64,000 nucleotides of DNA from an uncultured bacterium (GCA_963732385.1 CAVSZB010000003.1:128001-192000); one strand, 5' to 3'; positions 10,636 to 20,981 are shown, counted from the stretch's first letter. A program made the numbers and translations. The notes: generated by a model from the sequence alone, not told the origin.

Positions 10636-11677
10636 CCACCGTCTTGACCCGGTCGCCGTCGGCGAGACGAGCCTGGCCGAAGCGCACGACCTGCTCGCCC
10701 GCCGCGAGTCCCGCCGTGATCTCCACGACGTCGGTCGAGGTCGCGCCCACCGTCACCGGCCGTTTGTGAGCCACGCCGTCCTGGCCTACGACGAACACCG
10801 CCGGGCCGTCCACCAGCGCCTTCGTGGACACGCGCACCACGTTCTCGCGCACATCGGTGCGGATGCGGATGGAGACCAGGAGGCCGGGCACCAGGCGCCC
10901 GTCCGGATTGGGGAACAGGGCCTCGCCGGCGCGCAGGTGCGTCTTGGAGTCGGCGCGCAGGTCGAGCCTGGCGACGGCGCCCTCGCGGACGGTGCCGTCA
11001 GGGTCGTCCCAGACGGCCCGTTGCCCGATCGCGATCGCGAGCGCCTGCCGGCTGCCTGCGGTGAAGCACACCTTCACGTCATCCGTGCGAGCGATCCAGA
11101 CCAGGGGCTTGCCGGCCTCGGCGGTGTCGCCGACGTTCACGACGATGCTCGCAATCACCCCGTCCGCGGACGCAACCAGCGAGGTGCTTCCCTCGACGTC
11201 CTGCAGGTCGGCGGCGGCCAGCCGCAGGCGGGTTTCGGCCTGGTCGAGCGCCTGGTCGCTGATCGCCCCCTCGGCGTTCAACCGGCGCAGGCGTTTCACG
11301 TCCTTGAGCGCGTTGTCGTAGGAGGCCTGGGCTCGCGCGTAGCTATGGACCATCGGCGTTGGGGCTTCGTGCGCCAGGCGCACGATCACATCGCCGGCCC
11401 GCACGACGTCGCCCTCGTGAACCGGGACGGCGGAGATGCGCAGGGCGTTGGTCGACGTCACGGCGAACTGCACGACGCCCTCGACCGTGCCGGCCAGCGA
11501 GATCCAGTTCTCGATGTCGCCGCGATCGGCCCTCACGATCTCCACCGGCTTGCCCTCGGCGGCCTGCACCGACTCGACGCTCGCCGACACCTCGGTCCGG
11601 CCGAGGATCCGGAAGCGGGCAACGAATGCCAGCACCACCACGACCAGCGTGACGATGACGATGATGCGAGACTTCAT
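10628..11677 (-). CDS. RND periplasmic adaptor (membrane fusion protein)
   Basis: VHEGDVVRAGD lipoyl-like halves, coiled coil, GLAAGEQVV; lies between TolC and the permease. Confidence 0.92.
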   Translation of the reverse strand: MKSRIIVIVTLVVVVLAFVARFRILGRTEVSASVESVQAAEGKPVEIVRADRGDIENWISLAGTVEGVVQFAVTSTNALRISAVPVHEGDVVRAGDVIVRLAHEAPTPMVHSYARAQASYDNALKDVKRLRRLNAEGAISDQALDQAETRLRLAAADLQDVEGSTSLVASADGVIASIVVNVGDTAEAGKPLVWIARTDDVKVCFTAGSRQALAIAIGQRAVWDDPDGTVREGAVARLDLRADSKTHLRAGEALFPNPDGRLVPGLLVSIRIRTDVRENVVRVSTKALVDGPAVFVVGQDGVAHKRPVTVGATSTDVVEITAGLAAGEQVVRFGQARLADGDRVKTVGD

Positions 11678-12993
11678 GGTTTCGTTCCTCCGTTGCCGAC
11701 CGCGAGTTCGAGTACGGCGCGCGCGAGATTCGAAGCGTGAAGGGCGCCGGCGAGCTGCGCCCGCGCCGTGGACAGGGCCAGTTCGGCGTCGAGCCGCTCG
11801 ATCGGTGTGCCGACGCCGTTCTCCAGCCGCACCACCGCGAGGCGATAGGTCTCCTGCGCGAGGCGGACGGTTTCCTGCGTCCCGGCCAGGGCGAGCAGCG
11901 CGTTTTCGAGCGACAGGACCGCCTGCCGCACCGCCAGCTCGCGGTCGCGCAGCACCCGATCGCGTTCGAGTTGCGCGGTCCGCAACTCCGCTCGCGCGTT
12001 GCTGATGCCGGCCTTTGCGCGCAACCCGTCGAAGATGGGCATCTGAACGGCGAGGGCGACCTGGCTGCTGGTTGCAGGCTCATCGTTCCCAGGAAGCAGG
12101 GTGTCGTCCCACTGCCCTTGCACGGCGTAGTGTCCGGACAGCTGGACCACCGGGCCGCGGGCGGCTTCTTCCAGGCGGACCTGCTGCTCGCGGGCCGCCA
12201 CGGTCGCGGTGAGCGCCTTCAGCTCCGGGCTCGCCTCGCGCATCCGCGCCAAAAGGATGTCGGCCGGCTCGGGCGGTAGCGCGGGCGCGAGGGTGTCGGC
12301 CGGCGTCACGGAGGTCCCGCAGACGCGGTCCAGTTCGAGCCGGGCAAGATCGACCCGGTTGCGCGCCTGCACGACGCGCGGACGATGATTCGACAACTCG
12401 ACCTCGGCGCGCAGGCCATCGAAACGGCTGGTGGTGCCCTGCTCCAGGCCGAGGCGCGCCACCCGCGCCGCTTCCTCGGTCTCGGCGAGCGCCAGGTCCG
12501 CGTTGGCCAGATCGGCCTGCGCGAGCAGGGCCTTGAAGTAGGCGGCCGCGGTGGAGTAGCGCACGTAATCGCGCACCGCGCTTTCGCGGTAACGCGCGGC
12601 GTCGACGAAACCCCGCGCCGCCCCCACGGACGACGAGACCCGGCCGGCGGTCCACACGTTCACCCGGGCCGTGAGCGCGCCGGAAAGCTCGTAGTCCCCG
12701 CCCATTTCGAGCCTGGTCTGTCCACCGAAGCTCTCGGCGAGGTCTGACGGCAGGAACATGACCGGCAGCTTCAGATTCGTGGCGTACTCGGCGGCGAGAT
12801 CGAGGGTCGGCAGGCGGCCCGCCTGCGCCGCCATGACCCGCGCTTCGGCCGCAGCCACGGCGGCCGCGGCCTGCTGCAGCGTCTCGTCGCTTTCCAGTGC
12901 GAGCGACACAGCCTCGTCGAGGCGGACCAGGGTCTGACCCTGGGCCGCGCCGACACTGAACAGAAGGCAGACGATGGGCGCAAAACGTTTCAT
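11674..12993 (-). CDS. TolC-family outer membrane efflux protein
   Basis: Signal peptide, PIFDG motif, two OEP repeats. Confidence 0.92.
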   Translation of the reverse strand: MKRFAPIVCLLFSVGAAQGQTLVRLDEAVSLALESDETLQQAAAAVAAAEARVMAAQAGRLPTLDLAAEYATNLKLPVMFLPSDLAESFGGQTRLEMGGDYELSGALTARVNVWTAGRVSSSVGAARGFVDAARYRESAVRDYVRYSTAAAYFKALLAQADLANADLALAETEEAARVARLGLEQGTTSRFDGLRAEVELSNHRPRVVQARNRVDLARLELDRVCGTSVTPADTLAPALPPEPADILLARMREASPELKALTATVAAREQQVRLEEAARGPVVQLSGHYAVQGQWDDTLLPGNDEPATSSQVALAVQMPIFDGLRAKAGISNARAELRTAQLERDRVLRDRELAVRQAVLSLENALLALAGTQETVRLAQETYRLAVVRLENGVGTPIERLDAELALSTARAQLAGALHASNLARAVLELAVGNGGTKP

Positions 12994-13595
12994 CGCGGCA
13001 CCTCGTTCTTGCGCGCGTGAGGCAGGACCATCAATTCCATGATGCGATCCGGGATCGCGGCGTAGGGATCGTCGGTCTCGGCGCTGGCGAGGTTCTCCAC
13101 CAGGGCCTCGCCGGCGCCCAGGATCATGGTCGCCAGCAGATAGGTGTCGAGCGGGCGCAGATCACCATTTTCGACCGCCCGGTCCAGATGTTGCCGCAAG
13201 CGGTCACGGACCAGATCGTGGATCGGCCGTTTGACGTTGAGCGCGCGACCGAGATGCTCGGCGATCTCGACCCGGATGATGTCCCGCTTGGTCGAGGCGA
13301 AGGCGAACGCCGACCTGAGGACCTTATGCAGTTCGTCAAGGGGCCGGCCTCCATCGTCGATTACGGCCTCGAAGATGGTTCGGAACTCTGCCATTCCCCG
13401 CTCCTGGAGTCCGCGGAAAAGGTCCTCCTTCGAGGGGAAGAAGGTGTAGAGCTTGCCGACGGAGAACTCGGCCTTCTCCGCGATCTGATGCATGCTCGTG
13501 CCGCGAAAGCCTTGCTGGACAAAGAGTTGTAGGGCTACAGCGAGGATTTCATCCTCATCTTCCTGCCGCCGGCGTTCTCTGCGTGTCTCGGACAT
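12990..13595 (-). CDS. TetR/AcrR family transcriptional regulator
   Basis: HTH GFRGTSMHQIAEKAEFSVGKLYTFFPSKEDL; AGGAGG RBS before ATG 13595. Confidence 0.92.
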   Translation of the reverse strand: MSETRRERRRQEDEDEILAVALQLFVQQGFRGTSMHQIAEKAEFSVGKLYTFFPSKEDLFRGLQERGMAEFRTIFEAVIDDGGRPLDELHKVLRSAFAFASTKRDIIRVEIAEHLGRALNVKRPIHDLVRDRLRQHLDRAVENGDLRPLDTYLLATMILGAGEALVENLASAETDDPYAAIPDRIMELMVLPHARKNEVPR

Positions 13596-13616
13596 GACGG
13601 GCCTCCTCAGGCCTGA

Positions 13617-13651
13617 TGAATATAAATTCATTGAACGAATATACGTTCAAT
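13617..13651. promoter_or_regulatory. Putative TetR operator(s)
   Basis: Perfect inverted repeat ATTGAACG-N6-CGTTCAAT (13630-13651) and adjacent TGAAT-N4-ATTCA (13617-13630) in an AT-rich patch upstream of tetR. Confidence 0.7.
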
Positions 13652-13761
13652 TAATGAAGCTCGCAAACAGAAACTTTGTGCCACCGGTGAGCAGGGTGGG
13701 TTGTCCGTCGTCAGTCGGGAGGAACGGGGCCCCCGCGGCTCGCGCCGCCGAGGCCACAGAT

Positions 13762-14994
13762 CTAGTCCGCGAAAAACAGATAGCAGACGAGGATCGACGC
13801 CACGACGCCCACCGCGTCGGCGGCGAGGCCGCAGCCGAGAGCGTGGCGGGTCTTCTTGACGCCGATCGAGCCGAAGTAGACGGCCAGCACGTAGAATGTC
13901 GTTTCGGTGCTGCCCTGGATGACGCAGGAGAGGCGGCCGGCGAACGAGTCGGGTCCGGCGGTCTTCATGGTCTCGATCATCAGGCCGCGCGCGCCGCTGC
14001 CGCTGAGCGGCTTGATGAGCGCGGTCGGCAGGCCGTCCACCCAGCGGGTGTCAAGACCGAGCGCGGAGACGCCGGAGCGGATCGCGGCGAGCAGACCCTC
14101 GAGCGCGCCGCTGGCGCGCAGCGCCCCCACCGCCACGAGGATCGCCACCAGGTACGGCACGATGCCGATCGCCACCTGGAAGCCCTCCTTCGCCCCCTCG
14201 ATGAAGGTCTCGTAGAGCGGGATCCGCCGGCGCGCGCCGGCGACGAGGAACGCCACGATCACCGACAGCAGCAGGCCGTTGGCCAGCAGCGCCGACTGCC
14301 TTCCTGCCGCCTCGCCGTCGAGCCGCGCGAAATACGCCACGAGCGCGGCGATCGCCACGGTCATCGCGCCGATGTAGCCGATCACGACGCGGTTCCACAG
14401 GTTCAGCCGCTGCACCGCCGCGGTTACCAGCAGTCCCGTCAACGTGCTGCAATACGTGGCGATCAGGATCGGGATGAAGACGTCGGTGGGGTCGGCCGCG
14501 CCGAGCTGCGCGCGGAAGGTGAAGATGGTCATCGGCAGGATGGTCACCGACGACGCATTGAGGACCATGAACATGATCTGGTCGTTGCTGGCGCGCTCCG
14601 CTTCGGGATTGAGCGTCTGCAGCTCGCGCATCGCCTTGAGTCCGAGCGGCGTGGCCGCGTTGTCGAGCCCGAGCATGTTGGCCGACATGTTCATCACGAT
14701 CGCGCCGCCGGCCGGGTGTCCCTCCGGGATGCCGGGCAGCAGACGTCGGAACAGCGGACGGAACGCCCGCGCGATCGCCTCGACCACGCCGCCCTTCTCG
14801 CCGATCCGCATCAGCCCGAGCCACAGGCTCATCACGCCGGTCAGCCCGAGCGCGATTTCGAAGCCGGTCTGCGCGGAATCGAACAGCGCGCCCACGACGT
14901 CCCGGAAGGCGTCGGGCCGTCCCAGGAACACGGCCTGCACCAGCGCCGCGCCGACAGCGATCAGGAAGAAGGCGCCCCAGATCCAGTTCAGCAT
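13762..14994 (-). CDS. Fused SpmA/SpmB (nucleoside recognition Gate domain) membrane protein
   Basis: ANMLGLDNAATPLGLKAM, KPLSGSGARG, GSTETTFYVLAVYFGS. Confidence 0.9.
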   Translation of the reverse strand: MLNWIWGAFFLIAVGAALVQAVFLGRPDAFRDVVGALFDSAQTGFEIALGLTGVMSLWLGLMRIGEKGGVVEAIARAFRPLFRRLLPGIPEGHPAGGAIVMNMSANMLGLDNAATPLGLKAMRELQTLNPEAERASNDQIMFMVLNASSVTILPMTIFTFRAQLGAADPTDVFIPILIATYCSTLTGLLVTAAVQRLNLWNRVVIGYIGAMTVAIAALVAYFARLDGEAAGRQSALLANGLLLSVIVAFLVAGARRRIPLYETFIEGAKEGFQVAIGIVPYLVAILVAVGALRASGALEGLLAAIRSGVSALGLDTRWVDGLPTALIKPLSGSGARGLMIETMKTAGPDSFAGRLSCVIQGSTETTFYVLAVYFGSIGVKKTRHALGCGLAADAVGVVASILVCYLFFAD

Positions 14995-15280
14995 CGGGGG
15001 AGAATAGCGGCTAAAGGCCGCGGCGGGAAGCCCAAGGCGGCAGACAATCTTGCCGACCGGTTCCTGAACTGACTCGCCTGAGTCACTTGATGTATTGTGT
15101 GCAGCTGGCTGCACACGAAACATCACGCCGGCGGAAGGGCGGCGGCTCGTGACCGCCGATGGGCGGACAACGGTAAACCGGCCATCAGGCGGCCGCTGGC
15201 TTGCGTGCGCGCAGCCGCTGTGGGACCATGATCATCTGGCCCGGAAGGGTCCGGCCTCAACCGAAGACAGGATACTACGC

Positions 15281-16120
15281 GTGGAGCTTCTCTGGTCCGG
15301 CACCCTGTGCAAGATGCGGGTCGAGGCGACGGTGCCGGTCACCTACCGGCTGGCCGACGGGTTCCACGATCAGGACCGGCGCGCGGCCGACCTCGTGCTG
15401 AATCCGCTGATCGGACGCGCGGTGGCGCTGCGATTCACGGGGAAGATCGCCTGCGTGGCGTGCGGGCGCGAGGTGAAGAAGACCTTCGCACAGGGGTGGT
15501 GCTTTCCCTGTTCGCAATCTCTGGCCGCAGCCGATCTCTGCATCGTGAGGCCGGAGTTGTGCCACTTCGGCGATCCCGGTCATCCCTGCCGCGACGAATC
15601 GTTCGCCCACGCGCACTGCTTCCAGCCGCACGTCCTGTACGTTTCTCTGACCTCCGGCTTCAAGGTGGGGATCACCCGGAGCGCCAACATTCCGGCGCGC
15701 TGGATCGACCAGGGGGCGGTGGCGGCCATCCCGCTCGCGGTGCTGCCGAACCGGCGCGACGTGGGCCTGATCGAGGCGTCCCTGGCGCAGCGCTTTGCCG
15801 ACAGGACCCACTGGCTGCGCATGCTCCGGGAGGCGAGTCCGGCCGGAGATCTCGCGGCGTACGCGCGCGAGGTGCTGACTGCCCTCGCCGAGCTCGGCGC
15901 TCCCGGCATCCTGCCTCCCGACCAACGGGCGCCGCACGCCTTCGTCTACCCCGTGTCGCGGCATCCCGTCAAAGTGAAGAGCCTCAACCTCGACAAGGAG
16001 CCCGCGGCCGCCGGCGCGCTGCTCGGCATCAAGGGGCAGTACCTGATCCTCGACAGCTGCGTGATCAACCTGCGCAAGTACACGGGGTATCAGGTCGAAC
16101 TGCGGGGGGATCCGGCGTGA
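15281..16120 (+). CDS. DUF2797 domain protein (Cys-rich)
   Basis: CVACGR, CFPC, CIVRPELCH, KVGITR, RWIDQGA, GIKGQYL; GTG start chosen. Confidence 0.8.
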   Translation: MELLWSGTLCKMRVEATVPVTYRLADGFHDQDRRAADLVLNPLIGRAVALRFTGKIACVACGREVKKTFAQGWCFPCSQSLAAADLCIVRPELCHFGDPGHPCRDESFAHAHCFQPHVLYVSLTSGFKVGITRSANIPARWIDQGAVAAIPLAVLPNRRDVGLIEASLAQRFADRTHWLRMLREASPAGDLAAYAREVLTALAELGAPGILPPDQRAPHAFVYPVSRHPVKVKSLNLDKEPAAAGALLGIKGQYLILDSCVINLRKYTGYQVELRGDPA

Positions 16121-16476
16121 CAGACGAAGAGCGCGACGAGGCTGACGAGGAACCCGCCTGGCAGACGCCAGCGGATCTTTCCATCGACGGCGTGCTTGAT
16201 CTGCATCAGTTCAGGCCGGAAGAAGCCTCAGACCTGGTGAAGGACTATCTTGACGCCTGTCTGGCGCGGCATGTTCTTGCCGTGAGGATCATCCATGGCA
16301 GGGGGATCGGGAACCTGCGCCGGATCGTGCACGCGGCGCTGCGGCGGCACCCGGCGGTGGTGGACTTCGGACTGGCCACCGACGGTTCAGGCTGGGGGGC
16401 GACTCTGGTCCGACTGACGGCGCCGGGCGCGGAAGGAACGGGGCATGGGCCGCAAGAACCACCCCGGGAAGGCTGA
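16117..16476 (+). CDS. Stand-alone Smr domain protein
   Basis: IDGVLDLHQF, VRIIHGRGIG, GWGATLV; GTG overlaps the upstream stop. Confidence 0.88.
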   Translation: MTDEERDEADEEPAWQTPADLSIDGVLDLHQFRPEEASDLVKDYLDACLARHVLAVRIIHGRGIGNLRRIVHAALRRHPAVVDFGLATDGSGWGATLVRLTAPGAEGTGHGPQEPPREG

Positions 16477-16846
16477 CGACGACGCGCCCCGCCGCGGATT
16501 GCGTCGCAGCATTCGGCTCGACGCGCACGCGGCGGAGGGCGACGGCGCCCGTCCCAGGGAGCGCGCGTCCGACGCCCCGCCGACGATCCAGTTGCGCCGA
16601 CTCATCGCCGAAGTGGCGCTGGAGCGGCTCGCCACGATGTTGCAGGCGTATCGTCACCTGGGCCGGGTCGAAGTGCTCGTGGTGCACGGCCGGGGGCGCA
16701 ATTCGCCGGGCGGCCGGCCGGTGATCGGGCCGCTGGTGCGGCAGTGGTGTGCCGACCATCCCGCCATCGTGGCCGCGACGCGGGAGGCGCCGCCCGCGTG
16801 GGGCGGCGAGGGGGCGCTCGTGGTGACGCTGCGCCCCGAACGCTGA
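16445..16846 (+). CDS. Second, divergent Smr domain protein
   Basis: VLVVHGRGRNSPGG, WGGEGALVV; DLH replaced by QLR. Confidence 0.78.
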   Translation: MGRKNHPGKADDDAPRRGLRRSIRLDAHAAEGDGARPRERASDAPPTIQLRRLIAEVALERLATMLQAYRHLGRVEVLVVHGRGRNSPGGRPVIGPLVRQWCADHPAIVAATREAPPAWGGEGALVVTLRPER

Positions 16847-16856
16847 AGGAGGTTCC

Positions 16857-17618
16857 ATGACCGGGAATGCCGCTGCCGGAACCGATCGGCCGCTGGCCGG
16901 GCGGGTCGCGCTTGTCACGGGGGCCGCCCGCCGGGTGGGGCGCGTGCTGGCCATCGCTCTCGCGCGAGCCGGAGCCGATGTGGCGATCCACTTCCGCGGA
17001 CCGCAGACCGAGGCGCTCGCCGTTGCCAAAGAGGTCGGAATGCTGGGCGTGCGCGCGGCGATGCTGCGCGCCGAGCTCGGTGACGCCGAGAAGGTCGACC
17101 GTCTCATCGACGAGGCGGCGGCCGCGCTCGCGCCGGTGGACATCCTGGTGAACAACGCGTCGGTCTTCGCGAATATTCCGCTGGCCGCCACCGACGCGCG
17201 GATCTGGGACGAGAACGCGGCGATCAATCTGCGGGCGCCGTTTTTGCTGTCCCGGGCGTTTGCGCGCGCGCTGCCGGCCGAGCGCACCGGCGACATCATC
17301 AATCTCAACGACTGGCGCGCGCTGCGGCCCGGCGGCGACCACTTCGCCTACACCGTGAGCAAGGTCGGGCTGCATGGTCTGACCCGAAGCCTGGCCGTGG
17401 CGCTGGCGCCGCGGATCAAGGTGAACGAGATCGCGTTGGGAGCCGTGCTGCCACCGGAGCGGGAGTCGGAAGACTATGTGCATGCGCTCAAGCGGAAGAT
17501 CCCGCTCGACCGCTGGTCGACCCCGGAAGAGGTGGCCGACGCACTCATGTTCCTCGTGACCTGCCCCTCGATTACCGGGCAGACGATCCTGGTCGACGGC
17601 GGCCGGCATCTTGTCTAG
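16857..17618 (+). CDS. SDR oxidoreductase, pteridine reductase/FolM-like
   Basis: TGAARRVG, LVNNAS, YTVSK; upstream of folB-folK. Confidence 0.85.
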   Translation: MTGNAAAGTDRPLAGRVALVTGAARRVGRVLAIALARAGADVAIHFRGPQTEALAVAKEVGMLGVRAAMLRAELGDAEKVDRLIDEAAAALAPVDILVNNASVFANIPLAATDARIWDENAAINLRAPFLLSRAFARALPAERTGDIINLNDWRALRPGGDHFAYTVSKVGLHGLTRSLAVALAPRIKVNEIALGAVLPPERESEDYVHALKRKIPLDRWSTPEEVADALMFLVTCPSITGQTILVDGGRHLV

Positions 17619-17627
17619 GCTGGGGCG

Positions 17628-17993
17628 ATGGACGCGGACAAGATCCTGATCCGGGACCTGCTGCTGCGCGGTATCGTCGGCGTCAAGCCTGACGAGCGCG
17701 CGAATCGCCAGGACATCCTCATCAACCTCGTGCTCACCGCCGATCTGCACCCCGCCGGCGCCAGCGACCGCATAGATGATGCCGTCAACTACCGCACGAT
17801 CACCAAGGAGGTCATCGCGCTGGTGGAGAGCGCGGAATTCGCGACCGTGGAGAAGCTCGCCACGGAAATCGCGCGCCTCATCGTGACCGGACACCCGGTC
17901 GCCGAAGCCGAGGTCACGGTCGAGAAGCCGGGGGCCCTGCGCTTCGCCCGCTCGGTCGGCGTCTGCGTGACCAGACGGCGGGACGACTTCTGA
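17628..17993 (+). CDS. folB: Dihydroneopterin aldolase
   Basis: DKILIRDL, GIVGV, AVNY, VEKLA, VEKPGALRFARSVGV. Confidence 0.92.
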   Translation: MDADKILIRDLLLRGIVGVKPDERANRQDILINLVLTADLHPAGASDRIDDAVNYRTITKEVIALVESAEFATVEKLATEIARLIVTGHPVAEAEVTVEKPGALRFARSVGVCVTRRRDDF

Positions 17994-18526
17994 TGGCGCT
18001 GGTGGCGCTCTCGCTGGGATCGAACATCGAACCGGGACGCAATCTGCTGCTCGCGGTCGCCATGCTGCGGGGGGCGGGGCGGATCGTCGGCGTGTCGCGG
18101 GTTTTCGAGACCGATCCGGTGGACGTTCCGGGCGGGTCTCTGTTTCTCAACGCGGCGGTCCTGTTCGAGACCGCCCTCGATCCCTCCACGCTCAAGCGCG
18201 ACGTGATCGGCGGCATCGAGCGGGCGCTCGGCCGGGTGCGCGATCCGGAGGACCGGAACGCGCCGCGCACGATCGATATCGACATCTCTCTGTGGGATGA
18301 AGAGGCCGGGACGGAGGGCGCGCCGTCGCCGGATCCCGACATCGCCCGGCGGGCGCATGTGGCGGTGCCGCTGGCGGATCTCCTGCCGGAACGGATCGTG
18401 CCGGGGGACGGTCGCGCCCTCGGGGAGATCGCGGCGGCCCTCGTCGCACCGGGTGCGGCGGCCGATGCGTTGCCGAAGGTGCGGGTCGACCTGTCGCTGC
18501 GCGGCGCAGCCGGACTGGGCGCCTGA
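17993..18526 (+). CDS. folK: 2-amino-4-hydroxy-6-hydroxymethyldihydropteridine diphosphokinase
   Basis: SLGSNI, FLNAA, PRTIDIDI. Confidence 0.92.
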   Translation: MALVALSLGSNIEPGRNLLLAVAMLRGAGRIVGVSRVFETDPVDVPGGSLFLNAAVLFETALDPSTLKRDVIGGIERALGRVRDPEDRNAPRTIDIDISLWDEEAGTEGAPSPDPDIARRAHVAVPLADLLPERIVPGDGRALGEIAAALVAPGAAADALPKVRVDLSLRGAAGLGA

Positions 18527-18536
18527 CGAGCCGCGG

Positions 18537-20084
18537 CTACGGGAAGTGGAGCGGCAGCGCCCACTGTTCCACCATCCGCCCATTCACCCAGATCGTGTAA
18601 TCGAACGGGTCGGGGTGTATTCCGCTGTCCATGATCAACTCGATCCGGCCGTGGCGGAAATCGCGCGCGTAGTTGTTTCCGCTGATCAGCGGCGGGCCGA
18701 GCGCCGGCCCGAGGCTGATGTCCACGTTCGTCCAGCCGTAGCCCCAGATGCCGCCCGGATTCCACGCCGAGTACGTGCCGGCCAGCAGCCCGATGGCGCG
18801 GAACAGGTTGCCGAGGATGAGCGGCTTCATCGTGCCAGTATAATAATCGTAATAGCTGTTCTGGGTCGTGCTGGCGAGGATGTTGTAGGGGCCTCCGTTG
18901 TCGCGCCGGGGCCAGTTTATCGTGCGGAAGACATTGTAGGGGAACGACGGGCTCAGGGCGTTGCGCACCGTTTCCGGGCGCGGGAAGAAGATCTCCGGGA
19001 ACATCTCGTAGAACATACCGTCGCCCAGGGCCGCGAAGGCGGAGTCGGCGTACGCCCGCTGTCCGTTGAAGATCTGGATGAAGTCGTCACCCAGCGAGTC
19101 GCGCACGGCGCTGATGAGCGAAGCTTCCCCCGCCTTGAAGGCCGCGATCTCGTCGGGGTCGGACGCCATGGCGATGCCGTCGCCATCGAAATCGGGCTCA
19201 CCGTCGACGATCGGATCGACCGCGGGCGCGATCCAGATCAGATTGTTGAAGTAGTCCCAGAAAATGCCGTCGAACTTGTTGTTCGAGTTGCGCTGGAACT
19301 CCACGATCGTGCGCACCATCGCCTCGCGGCAGGCCGGGTTGGTGATGTCGATCACCGGCTGCCCCGGCCAGTCCATCAGGGTGTCGCCGAGCGTGGTGGA
19401 AACCCAGAAGGGGCGCGTGCGGTCGAACCAGGCCTGGCAGAACGGCAGGTTCGCACCGGAATTCTCCCAGTTCAGCATCGAGGTCTTGCCCAGGACGTAG
19501 CCGATCACCCGGCAATCGGGATTGATGGCCTTGATCCGGTCGATGACGTGCAGCGACTCGTTCAGCGGGTTGCCCCACAGGTAATTCGGCGTCAGGACGA
19601 CCAGATCGGCGCGCGCGTACTTTTCGAACTGACCCGGCACGGTCCAGTCGATCGACATCCAGTCGTTGATCGCGTACAGGCGGGGAGAATGGGGCGCGAA
19701 GAGCGTGCCGAGATCACTGGCCACCACCCGGACCCGGTAGTCGTTCCCCTCCCGATCGGGGTTGTCGAAGCCGAAATTCCAGACGATGTGCCGGCCGGAC
19801 CCCGGAGCGATGCCCGGCCCGGCATCGCCCGTGTATTGCGAACAGGGCATGACCCAGTCGGCGCCGCCGTCGTCCGAGACGAGCAGGGTGACGGCGCAGG
19901 TGTCGCCGTCGGCGTCCGCCAGGTCGTAGGTGACGTCCACGAGCCGGCTGCCATCGGTCCGCTGGGCGAACCGCACGTTGCTGACGACAGGATCGGCCGC
20001 GCGCGCCGTCGGGGCGGACGCGGTGGCGAGGCCGAGCAGCGCGATGGCGAGTGTGCAGGCGCGGAGGCCGGGGGCGTGCGTCAA
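18537..20084 (-). CDS. Secreted protein: N-terminal Ig-like domain plus putative glycoside hydrolase (GHL15-like TIM barrel)
   Basis: Signal peptide from TTG 20084, which overlaps the upstream stop; VIDITNP...FDGIFWD; DGMFYE. Confidence 0.6.
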   Translation of the reverse strand: MTHAPGLRACTLAIALLGLATASAPTARAADPVVSNVRFAQRTDGSRLVDVTYDLADADGDTCAVTLLVSDDGGADWVMPCSQYTGDAGPGIAPGSGRHIVWNFGFDNPDREGNDYRVRVVASDLGTLFAPHSPRLYAINDWMSIDWTVPGQFEKYARADLVVLTPNYLWGNPLNESLHVIDRIKAINPDCRVIGYVLGKTSMLNWENSGANLPFCQAWFDRTRPFWVSTTLGDTLMDWPGQPVIDITNPACREAMVRTIVEFQRNSNNKFDGIFWDYFNNLIWIAPAVDPIVDGEPDFDGDGIAMASDPDEIAAFKAGEASLISAVRDSLGDDFIQIFNGQRAYADSAFAALGDGMFYEMFPEIFFPRPETVRNALSPSFPYNVFRTINWPRRDNGGPYNILASTTQNSYYDYYTGTMKPLILGNLFRAIGLLAGTYSAWNPGGIWGYGWTNVDISLGPALGPPLISGNNYARDFRHGRIELIMDSGIHPDPFDYTIWVNGRMVEQWALPLHFP

Positions 20085-20827
20085 GGCACCATCACCACCT
20101 TGGTCGTGAGTTCGGCCTGTCCGGAGGCGCCGCGCCAGGTCAGGCGCAGCAGGTACGTGCCGGCGGCGACACGCCGGCCGGTGTGGTCGGTGCCGTTCCA
20201 GATCGCCTCGTACTCGCCTGCCTCGCGCGGCCCCTCGGCCAGCGTGCGGATCATGCGGCCGCGGGCATCGTAAAGCACGAGCCGCACCTCTCCGGGCGCC
20301 GCCAGGGCCCACGCCAGGCGGGTGGCCGGATTGAAGGGGTTCGGGTGCGGGGGCCGCAGCACGACCGGGTTGCCCGCGAAGGTTGGGGTGACGCCGGTCG
20401 TGGAGGCGAGGATCGAGAACCGGGTGGTGGTGGCCGCGGTGCGGTTGCCGAAGGAGTCGGCCGCCGTGACCGTCAGGAAGCAGAGCGCCGAATTGAGCTC
20501 CGGAACCGGCCAGGCCCACTGCACCGGGCCGGACAGGGGAGGGGCGGCAAGACTGTCGAGCGCGGCGAGATCCATCATTACGCGCGCCAGGAGGGCCGCG
20601 GAACCGGAACCGGGGTGCAGTTCGCCGAACGTCCAGGCGAAAAGGGCCGTTTCGCCGCCGCGATAAGTCTGGCCGATCGGCAGGATCGGCAGGACGACCT
20701 CGGGGTTGCGGGCATCCAGGGGGCCGGGCGCGGCGTCTCCCCGCCCGACGCCGGCCTGAACGCAAGCCGGCAGCCCCGCGGCAAACATAAAAAGAATAAA
20801 CAAACTACATAAATACAAAAACCTCAC
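20081..20827 (-). CDS. Secreted protein with FlgD-Ig/T9SS-like C-terminal domain
   Basis: PHPNPFNP, YDARGR, WNGTD, GTYLLRL; start uncertain. Confidence 0.7.
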   Translation of the reverse strand: MRFLYLCSLFILFMFAAGLPACVQAGVGRGDAAPGPLDARNPEVVLPILPIGQTYRGGETALFAWTFGELHPGSGSAALLARVMMDLAALDSLAAPPLSGPVQWAWPVPELNSALCFLTVTAADSFGNRTAATTTRFSILASTTGVTPTFAGNPVVLRPPHPNPFNPATRLAWALAAPGEVRLVLYDARGRMIRTLAEGPREAGEYEAIWNGTDHTGRRVAAGTYLLRLTWRGASGQAELTTKVVMVP

Positions 20828-20981
20828 CCTGCATGCACTTTCCCTCGACCAGCCCGAAAAGAGACTCTTCGGGTTCCAGGTCGAGATTGGCACTTCGGGC
20901 GAGGTTGTCGCATAATGATAACACAAGTGAGGATCGGCGGACAAGGGGGGTGCCCGGGGGCGCCCCGGAAGGACGATTAAC

